Positions 55,225 to 64,000 of a stretch of 64,000 nucleotides of DNA are shown one piece after another. The stretch lies in contig NC_058368.1 of assembly GCF_018350175.1 (NCBI RefSeq), positions 162,442,001-162,506,000 on the forward strand, read 5' to 3'. Under the pieces are notes generated by a model that saw only the letters and a list, made by a program, of their open reading frames with translations, was not told the DNA's origin and did not search any database. A program made the translations under genes and the position numbers. How positions within the stretch are numbered: the first letter of the stretch is position 1; each line of letters begins with the position of its first letter. The stretch is from Felis catus. Lineage: Eukaryota.

Positions 55225-55438
55225 GGGGCGCCTGGGTGGCGCAGTCGGTTAAGCGTCCGACTTCAGCCAGGTCACGATCTCGTGGTCCGTGAGTTCGAGC
55301 CCTGCATCGGGCTCTGGGCTGATGGCTCAGAGCCTGGAGCCTGTTTCCGATTCTGTGTCTCCCTCTCTCTCTGCCCCTCCCCTGTTCATGCTCTGTCTCT
55401 CTCTGTCCCAAAAATAAATAAACGTTGAAAAAAAAAAA
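55225..55438 (+). mobile_element. Young SINEC_Fc
   Basis: TSD tttaaaaggagactactttt. Confidence 0.95.
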
Positions 55439-55901
55439 TTTAAAAGGAGACTACTTTTTCCTTGTGCCCCAGGACATCCAGGGCAGATGTGGGCAAGAGG
55501 ACCTGGTGTTTGCTGTGATCGCAGGCCCCTTGTGGTGCCCAGACTGTGCTCCCTTTCATGTTATTAAGGTGAGTGGGGGGTTGGAAAAGCCTAAACTTAC
55601 CTTGAGGATCAACTAAATATCCACTAACAAAAACGTTCTTTATGTCATGGTACAAAAATATAGCATACTGTTAAAAATCCTGTATAATGAAATACATTTT
55701 TATGTATAACCAAGGCAAGTTCTCCAACTCCTATAAAAAAAAGTTCATTGAAAATTCATATGGTCTGATTCCAGTTAGAAAGAAAGTCATACTGATCACA
55801 AAACTATAAGTTCTTTCATCAGTACTCAGAGTACCATTACTATTATATATAGCTATGTGTGTTACTAAAATGTATTGACCAAATTATGAATATAGATATA
55901 C

Positions 55902-55942
55902 CATTCTGTAACACTGACTTTTTGAGAAGGAAGATGACAGTG
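55902..55942 (-). CDS. Candidate 41-nt exon
   Basis: cattttcctgtcag|C acceptor and ATG|gtatat donor. Open in all frames. Confidence 0.3.
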
Positions 55943-56481
55943 CTGACAGGAAAATGCTTTTCATACTAATTACTGTCAATCCATTATAACCCTTTCTTGA
56001 ATTGACTTTTTTTTTTTTTTGATGTGAAATGGAGAAGGGGAATATAATGATCTTAGGAGAAAAGAAAATCAGAGACACTGCATAAATGTTTTACCCACTT
56101 CAAAATCCTAAGAATCTACCAACATTTTAGCAATACATTGTAAAAATAATTGATATGTGATGGGGCAACCATGTTTAAATGTGATAGACAAGTTTCATTT
56201 GAAAATAACAAACAAGAATTTAAAGGAATGGGAACTTAACATCCACTATTGTGTTTCCTTCAGGAACACCAGTTTGTATGATATTTTCAAACAAGTTAAG
56301 CTTTCAAATACACAACAAGAATTTGATTTTACTCTTCATCTTGCTTATAATATCTCTGCCTGAAGGCTACAAAAATCATTCTACTTTAGAGCCCTGAATA
56401 AAAATGATAAATGTAAGATATTAAAACTCAGATGAGAAGTTTCTACATAATTGTACTCAAAAGGGAAACTATTCAGCTTAC

Positions 56482-56549
56482 CAGATAAGTCCTAAACTTG
56501 GGAATAGGCTTTAGCAGGTTTAATAATGTCAAAGCATTTCACACTGCCA
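56482..56549 (-). pseudogene. Candidate degenerate 68-nt exon
   Basis: Strong acceptor tttcttctctatacag|T and donor CTG|gtaagc, but every frame has a stop (phase 1: AV*NALTLLNLLKPIPKFRTYL). Confidence 0.35.
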
Positions 56550-58263
56550 CTGTATAGAGAAGAAATTGTCATAAAAAGCCTCTAGAAAGGAAGTCAAACA
56601 GATGCTCAACTCCTGGCTTTAAGAAAATGCATAATTTAAAAGTGTATTTAACACCTTTTAATTTTCTTTAGTAAAAAACATAACTTTAAAAAATCTTTTT
56701 CGTTCTTTTATCACCTGCTGCCTTCATGTTCCCTAGGAAAAAGTAAAGCTTAATGAGCTATTCTTAGGTAACAATAGAAGTTCTTAAAAGAAAATTAGAA
56801 TGCTTTCTCCTGAAGGGATTTACAGATTAATTTGCTCAATCACCTCATTAATATAAGGGAGGAAATGAAAGAAAAAATTTTAGAAATGGAAAGAATGTGT
56901 TTTCCCTATGTGTGACTTATGCAGGGAGCTGGGCCTGCTGTTTCCTGGTGTGATATATTATTAGGTTTTTGTGCAGGTGGCTCACTACTCAGTCATGAAG
57001 GACAGGTAAGCATCCTCAGCAGAATGTTTGGAGGCTGGTAAACATGCAGTCACTCTCAAGGTAGAATATGACTCTCCAGCTCTCTTTATTATTTTTTTTT
57101 AAATTTTGTTTAGCCTTTGCTAATGACTGAGTGGGGGAAGCATAAGATACTTAGAATTTATCTGTGATTAATATCCCCTTCTGTTATACACACAGGGTGT
57201 GGACAGCTTACGCCAAATCTGAGGACTCACTCCCCCACCCTATACACACAGCTAGTGAGAAGGAAAAAGAAAAAAAATAGATCATCTATTTCACAAATGA
57301 CCTGAATAATCCCTATTCTATTATACATTAAACTGTATCCACTATACTGGATTCTGTGTTGTTATGAAACCATTTCCCCCTCCACCCCCCCACCCCGGGC
57401 TCATTAATCCTTTTTGGTTTATGACACAATTTTGAGGTTCTATGGTTACCAATATTAATGTTCAATAATGTCATTTGAAAAGCTACATTATAATTGAAAT
57501 ATTTTTTTTTAATTATAATGAGCAGTCTGAGTTAATATCTAGGACTGCATTAATTGTTGGTACCTGACTTTTGATCTAATCAGTTATCATTCAGATCAAT
57601 CGGAAATTGTGTCTTGAGATACAGAAATGCTTTGATGCAGCTAACATCAGGGGGAAAATGTCAAGGAAATATGCTACGGAAGAGACCCACTACTCAACTA
57701 CCAGCCCATTTCTTCTATAATGTAAAATTGGAATTTGAGAAAGACATTGGAAAGACCTATTAATGAAAGACAAACACCCTAACATACAACCAAAGAACAA
57801 AGGAGAAAGTCCTCTGAAAAGGAACATTATGGTGCACTGAAGTTTTATGAAGAATTGGCCATATTAAATATTAAGGAGGACTTCACCATGTAATTTTTCT
57901 AATTTAAGAGGCACTTCCCAGGAAGAGAACTTAATCTCTGAGTTTAAGCAAAAGGAAATCTGCAGCTAAAAAAAATAAAGCTACCCAAACAGGGAAGATC
58001 ATTACCATAGGAATGCCTGTGGCTGAGTCACTGGCTGGGGTCACTTCATGAATGAAATGAGGGAGGCATTTCTAACCCACACAGCAGGGCAGGCTAAGGT
58101 TGGGTCACACAACTTGGTGAATTAAAAACAACAACAACAACTAGATTCCTTCCTTGGAGTGAAAATTAGCTGGTAACTGTTGAGAGTTGCCTAGCTTCCC
58201 TCTGCTGGGGTCCATGTGGGAAAGGGAACAAGGAGTTAGCTTTGGAGAGAAAACTGGATTTAC

Positions 58264-58376
58264 CTACTATTAAATCTTGATTTCTCTGCCCTACCAAGTT
58301 GAGTTTAATTTGACTAAAGTATAGCCAGTATTTTTGCATTTTTACAATATGCAGGTTAGTAACCCCAAAGTTGCCG
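58264..58376 (-). CDS. Candidate exon GNFGVTNLHIVKMQKYWLYFSQIKLNLVGQRNQDLIV
   Basis: ccttgctttttcattag|C acceptor, TAG|gtaaat donor. A single open frame (within ORF 58166-58462). Confidence 0.5.
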
Positions 58377-58760
58377 CTAATGAAAAAGCAAGGTAAATTT
58401 CTACTCTCAAAGCTTTTAGTAGTAACATAAATACATAAACGCTTTTTATTAGTAACAATCATAAGTTCAAAACCTAAAATAATAAAAACTAAAATCTCCT
58501 AACCCACATGGTGCCTCTGGGTAGATTGAAAAAAATATTTGCCTCCTCATCAAGACACTGTTTCCATTTACTTGAAAACTATTATTCAATAAACACAGTG
58601 GCCACACAATATAAATAAACAAACAAAAAACTACTTTTGCAGAACCAAACAGGTAGCTTAAGTAATTTTTTTTGCTATGTGCATATCTTAGAATAAGTGT
58701 ATTACTTAGTTATGAATAAGTCTTACCAGAGGGTTTTATAAAGGACTCCTATTAAAGAAC

Positions 58761-59139
58761 TGTTATGCCCAGAATTCGTGATCCCCAAAGACCACCAGGG
58801 AGCCGAGTCCAATGCAAAAGCAAAAGAGCCTTTATTCGAGCTAGCTCAAGCTCAATCCCCTACCTGCACCCATGCAGCGGTGAGACACCAGGGAGTGAGA
58901 GCCGACTTTCAAAAGGACAAAGGTTTTATTGGGGCCTAAGGGCAGTTGGTGAGGTAATGGCTGTGGCCTCAGCTGATTGGCTGGGGAAGGGTCGGAGTCC
59001 TGTTAGGAAGGTCGCTGGGCGTGTTTTGACCAGGAAGTTTGAACTGGTGAGTGGGAGGTTACTCAAGGGGTGGAGGCGTGGTCTTGGTGAAGGACACAGA
59101 ACAAGATGGAGTTGGCCAGGGTAGGCCCGCAAACTTTCA
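58761..59139 (-). mobile_element. Gammaretrovirus-like (ERV1) solo LTR, 379 bp
   Basis: Minus strand reads TGAAAG...ATAACA. 4-bp TSD GAAC (58757-58760, 59140-59143). CCAAT near 58975, TATA-like near 58925, AATAAA near 58832. CpGs retained. Confidence 0.9.
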
Positions 59140-59281
59140 GAACCCAGCAAACTCATGAAATGACTCAAATAGAATTATTTCATTGGTGGGAATAAGGTAT
59201 TTTCTATTCTGACACAAAAATTGGAATATTTCTTTAAGTGTATTTTATCAATGCCTGCATTGATAAATAAATCAAGCTTAC

Positions 59282-59355
59282 TTTTAACAAAATTTCTAAC
59301 ATTATCCTTTCTGAAATAGTAATACCACCAACAAAGTTTCCAGTTTGAACAGCAT
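59282..59355 (-). CDS. Candidate exon (D)AVQTGNFVGGITISERIMLEILLK
   Basis: Pyrimidine tract then gaatgtag|A acceptor, AAA|gtaagc donor. 74 nt. Confidence 0.45.
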
Positions 59356-60269
59356 CTACATTCATAGCACAAGAAAAAGTGAGAAAACACTGCCAACAAA
59401 CTTATCTTTCCAGTATTTCAAAATAGAAAAAAAAATACTTCTGCTTCAAAAGATAATGTCCAATTTTTAGACATTCAAAAAATGTTGCATTATAACCTAA
59501 ATTATGCTCTTAACTTCTGTATAATTGTTGCTATACATTTTTATGCAAAATGATACTCTAGATATTGGAAACCATTCACTTTTGAACCATAGGAGCGCTA
59601 CATAGTCAAGTGGCTGGAGAATACTTAAAATAGATTGCTTCCAATTAATAGCTGAGATGCTTGAGAGCCTTTGTCTTTTAAGCATCAGGATGGAAGTTAT
59701 TTGTCATAGACTAGGAACACAGGTCACACCATCGCATAACACATTTAATGTTTTTTGGAAATAGTTCTTTGGAGAATCTAGACGATAACAAAGAAAAATC
59801 ATCTTTGTAAGTAGCTAGAACCCTGGTACCAAATGTAAATAGACCAGATGCATTACAGCTGTAGAATATTTTGTCTTGTTTCTGGCAAAGAGATCTCATT
59901 TTGCAACATCCATGAATACTGCACAATTACTATGTTCCAGGGAAAAATCATATGCCACCACTGAGACTATTCTGGAGAGGACCTTGTAAAGAATTTGCCT
60001 GTTCTAGGAAAGGGAAGTCATATCACCTCGAGGATGATGGGAGATAAAAATAAACTGGGCATGTCAAGAAGCCTTTGTATGTCGCTCTATGAATCCTCAC
60101 AGCTCCTGATTTTGTCATGCAAACCTAAAACTAAACTGAAATGCTCTGATACTCTGCTGTATCTTCTCAGTCACCAGGCTATTAGTTCATCAAACTTTGT
60201 TCATACAAACTTTTCATAATCTAGATGTTTCGTGGGAATAGGTATAGGTTTGAAATTTTCCTCTACAAA

Positions 60270-61920
60270 TGGTTTTCCTACATGTATTGAGATGATCATC
60301 TGCATTTTATCCTTCATTTTCTTAATGTGGTTTGTAACATGGATTGATATGCAGATGTTAAACCTGGAATAAATCCTACCTGATCATGATTTATCTTCCT
60401 CTTAATATATTATTGAATTTGGTTTGCTAATATCTTGTTGAGGGGTTTGCATCTGTTCATCAGGGACACATGGCATGTAATTTCCTTTTATTGTGATGTC
60501 TTTGTCAGGTTTTGCTATCATGGTAATGCTGGGCTTTCAAAAAAATTTTTTTAACAATTTAAGAAGTATATGTAATCTTTTTTTTTTTTATTTTTGGGAA
60601 GTTTATTTATTTTGATACAGAGAGCATGAGTGCAGGAGAGACAGGAAGAGAAGGAGAGAGAGAATCCCAAGCAAAATCCATCCTCTCAGTGTGCAGCCCA
60701 ATGTGAGACTCAGTCTCACAGACCGTGATTCATGACCTGAGCCACAAACAAGAGTCCTAGGCTTAACTGACTGAGCCACCCAAGTACTCCAGTATGAACT
60801 CTTAATTAAATGTTTGAAAAACACACATGTGAAACCATTTGGTCTCAGACTTTTTTGTCTTTTGGGAAAGTTTTAAAATTACTGATTCAGGGGCACCTTG
60901 ATGGCTGTCACTTGAGCACCCGACTCTTGATTTCAGCTCAGGTCATGATTTCCCATTTCTATGGAAAAGTCCTGCATCAGGTTCTGGCCTGACAATATGG
61001 AGCCTGCATGGGATTCTCTCTCTGCCCCTCCCCTGCTCATGCTGTCAAATAAATTAAAAAAAATAAATAAATAAAATTACTGATTCAGTTTAATTACTTG
61101 AAATCAATGGTCTATTTCTTCATGATTCAATCTTAGAAGGTTGTGTATTTACAAAAATTTTCCCATTTTATCTAAGTTTTCCAATTGTTTGGCAATGAAT
61201 TGCTCATAGTACCTAACATATTTCTGTGCTGTAAATTATAACTTCTCTCCTTTCACTCTGGATTTGACCTCTCCCTACTTTTTTCCTGGTGAGCCTACCT
61301 GAAGGTTTATTAATTTTGTTTATCTTTTCAAGGAATCAGTTTTAGTTTTACTGATTTTTTTTCTATATTTACTTAGTTTTGGTTTTATTTCCACATTTTA
61401 TTATTAGTGTTATTTCCACTGATTTTTATTATCTTCTTCCTTCTAACTTTTGGCTTTGTTTGTTCTTCCTTCTTGAGTTCCTTTGAGTGTAAAGTTAAAT
61501 GTTTATTTTGCATTTTTCCTGAGGTAGGCCTTTATCCCCCTAAACTTTCCCTTAGAACTGGTAATTCTAGTTCCATTTTCATTCGTATCAAGGTATTTTT
61601 GAATTTCCTCTTGGATTTCATCATTGACACGTTGATTGTTTAGCAGCATGTTGTTTCATCTTCACGTTTTTTTTCACTTTCTTATAGTTGATTTCTAGCT
61701 TCATACTGCTATACTTAAAAAGATGTTTGGTATCATTTCAGGCTTGTTAAATTTATTTTGTGGCCTAACATATGGCTTAAGCTGGAGAATTTTCTATATG
61801 CATTTAAAAAGAATGTGTATTCTGTAGTCTTGGATTATATGTTGTATATATGGGTCACTGAAAATCACGTTTTTTAGAGGTTTTCTATCTGAATTATCTG
61901 TACATTAATGTAAGTGGGAA
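60270..61920 (-). mobile_element. Degenerate L1 ORF2 fragment containing two Can-SINEs (60578-60790 minus; 60890-61075 plus, TSD aaaattactgattcag)
   Basis: Similar to the L1 text at about 37080-38500. Confidence 0.8.
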
Positions 61921-62625
61921 ATAAGTATTTGAAGCCAATGCAACTAATCCAGAGAGTCATGTCTTCTTTCTGAAAATTGAGGGAGATTACTTCTGGAACA
62001 ATTTGTTAAAGCTGCATGTGGTGATGATCAAAAAAAAAAAAAAAGTTCCCAAGGAGTACACATGGGGCTTTTGTTAAAGGCAAAAAAGAGATGCACTCTA
62101 CACACACAATCCACCTGGGGCTGGCTCTTAACTTTTCTGAATTTTACTATAAGGTGATTGCCATTGCCGAACTTGATATTCTGAACAAAAACTCCTACAG
62201 GGACAGCACTCTTATCAGTTGCTTAAAGACAACATGTAGAGGGCTAGAGGACACAGGGAGGGAGAGGTGTTGAGCCCCAGAGCACAGAGCTCAGCTTGGC
62301 GGGGAACAAAGGCACTGGCCAGCACCATCTCCCTCACCCATCCCCCAGCCAAAATCCCAAAGGGAACCAGTTCCTGTCAGGGAACCTGCTTGCACCACGC
62401 AAACACCCAAAGCTGTGCTTCTGTGGATCCATCCCTCTGATGGGTCTGCCTCCCTCCCGGTGCCTCAGGGCCCCTCATGAAGTGAACCACCGAAGGCAAA
62501 GTGAGCTGAGTCTGCCCCTCCCACCCCTGTGCACCTTGTGGATCCACACTGATTAATACGCCAGATCCCATAGAAGCAGCACCACAAGCCTGGCAGTGTG
62601 CAAGTAGCCTAGACAGGGGCCACAA

Positions 62626-62629
62626 GTGA

Positions 62630-62713
<84 letters not shown>

Positions 62714-62759
62714 ATGTGTGTGTATGTATATGTATACATATACATACACACACACTCAC
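62626..62759. repeat. Compound (TG)n(TA)n(TG)n...(CA)n microsatellite inside the L1 5' UTR
   Basis: Seen directly; absent from the paralogous UTR near 50040-50070. Confidence 0.95.
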
Positions 62760-63706
62760 CACTCCACAGTGAGTCCTGCCCCTGGGAGAAGGGAAGATAA
62801 GGTAGGTACACACCAGTCTAACTGTGGCCCCAGCCACCAACACAAGTTACTCTAGAGACCACGGGAAGAGCCCTGCAGTTCCACACCACTCCAAGAACTA
62901 TCCAAAATGATGAAACAGAAGAATTCTCTTCAAAATAAACTCCAGGAAGTACCAACAGCTAACGAACTGATCAAAAACGATTTAAGTAATGTAAGAGAAA
63001 ATGAATTTAAAATAATAGTCATAAAATTAATCACTGGGCTTGGAAAAAGTACAGAGAACAGCAGAGAATCTATTGCTACAGATATCAAGGGAAAAAGAAA
63101 CAGGAGGAGCTAAAAAATGTGATAAATGAGCTGCAAAATAAAATGGAGGTGATCACAGCTCAGATTGAAGAGACAGAGGAAAGAATAGGTGAATTAGAAG
63201 ATAAAATTATGATAAAACAGGAAGCTGAGAAAAAGATTTTAAAAAATCCAGGAGTATGAGGGGAAAATCAGAGAACTAAGTGATGCGATGAAACACAATA
63301 ATATCTGTATAATAGGGATTCCAGAGGAGGAAGAGAGAGAGAAAGGAGCTGAAGGTATACTTGAACAAATCATAGCTGAGAACTTCCCTGATCTAGCGAA
63401 AGAAAAAGGCACTGAAATCCAAGAGGCACAGAGAACTCCTTCAGACGTAACTTGAATCGATCTTCTACACAACATATCATAGTCAAACTGGCAAAATACA
63501 AGGTTAAAGAGAAAATTCTGAAAGCAGCTAGGGATAAACATGCTCTCACATATAAAGGGAGACTGATAAGACTACTGATGGATTTATCTACTGAAACTTG
63601 GCAGGTCAGAAAGGAAAGGCAGGAAACCTTCCATGTGATGAACAGAAAAAAACATGCAGCCGAGAATCCTTTATCCGGCAAGTGTGTCATTTAGAATACA
63701 AGGAGA

Positions 63707-63927
63707 GGGGCGCCTGGGTGGCGCAGTCGGTTAAGCATCCGACTTCAGCCAGGTCACGATCTCGCGGTCCGTGAGTTCGAGCCCCGCGTCAGGCTCTGGG
63801 CTGATGGCTCAGAGCCTGGAGCCTGTTTCCGATTCTGTGTCTCCCTCTCTCTCTGCCCCTCCCCCGTTCATGCTCTGTCTCTCTCTGTCCCAAAAATAAA
63901 TAAACGTTGAAAAAGAAAATTCTTTTG
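63707..63927 (+). mobile_element. Young SINEC_Fc inserted in L1 ORF1
   Basis: TSD gaatacaaggaga at 63694-63706 and 63928-63940. Confidence 0.95.
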
Positions 63928-64000
63928 GAATACAAGGAGATATAAAGGTCTTCCCAAACAAACAAAAACTGAAGGAATTCGTCACCACTAAACCAGCCCT

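Larger units (their letters stand above)
51090..55540 (-). mobile_element. Carnivore L1 with large internal ORF2 deletion (junction near 52490), 5' UTR retained
   Basis: ORF 51939-52454 (late ORF2) lies next to EN-region ORFs 52757-53111. ORF1-like about 53400-54450, GC-rich UTR about 54550-55540. Confidence 0.85.
2907..59355 (-). pseudogene. Candidate multi-exon gene or unitary pseudogene, possibly encoding ASH/MSP Ig-like repeats; 5' part may lie beyond the window
   Basis: About 14 minus-strand segments in non-repeat DNA with AG/GT boundaries. One phase-compatible stop-free path (32770-32950, 30001-30344, 15662-15820, 13846-13910, 2907-3106). Other segments carry stops. Family resemblance is by eye only. 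Confidence 0.5.
62245..64000 (+). mobile_element. L1_Fc-like element: partial 5' UTR and ORF1, continuing past the window end
   Basis: Reverse complement of about 49020-50410. ORF1 ATG at 62907, broken into 62907-63113 and 63452-63694. Confidence 0.95.

Noticed and set aside
59497..59926. Further minus-strand exon(s) upstream of 59355
   Set aside because: Peptides look plausible, but all frames from the candidate acceptor near 59710 hit stops and no clear donor was found. They may be more degenerate exons.
7816..63694. Many ORF-track ORFs with LSLSLS, ERERER or CVCVYI runs, or antisense to L1
   Set aside because: They are translations of SINEs, microsatellites or the L1 opposite strand.
5334..63927. 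tRNA genes suggested by A/B-box-like heads (gtggctcagtcggttaag...gttcgagccc)
   Set aside because: All continue into the Can-SINE body, CT tract and A tail, so they are tRNA-derived SINEs and not tRNA genes.
1..64000. CRISPR arrays, rRNA, mitochondrial insertion (numt), internal proviral genes
   Set aside because: No regularly spaced repeat-spacer array, and no recognisable rRNA, mtDNA or gag/pol/env sequence.

Overview
AT-rich mammalian genomic DNA from a felid, judged by the young SINEC_Fc-type Can-SINEs and L1_Fc-type LINE-1s (domestic cat or a close relative). Roughly half of the window is interspersed repeat: about 21 Can-SINEs, two TSD-bounded (near-)full-length L1s, several older or truncated L1s, two ERV solo LTRs, MLT1/MLT2 LTRs, MER5/MER58/MER63 hAT relics, L2/MIR relics and microsatellites. 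No known gene could be named. The unique DNA between the repeats holds a series of minus-strand exon-like segments (about 59.4 kb down to 2.9 kb) with AG/GT splice signals. Five of them splice in phase into a stop-free 315-aa C-terminal ORF. Several neighbouring segments carry in-frame stops or phase mismatches. By eye the peptides resemble ASH/MSP Ig-like repeats of ciliary proteins such as HYDIN/CFAP47/CFAP65/CFAP74. The best reading is an unidentified multi-exon gene or a decaying unitary pseudogene. This is inference from manual reading and needs homology searches. Repeat family names are from memory of consensus sequences and most repeat boundaries are approximate.
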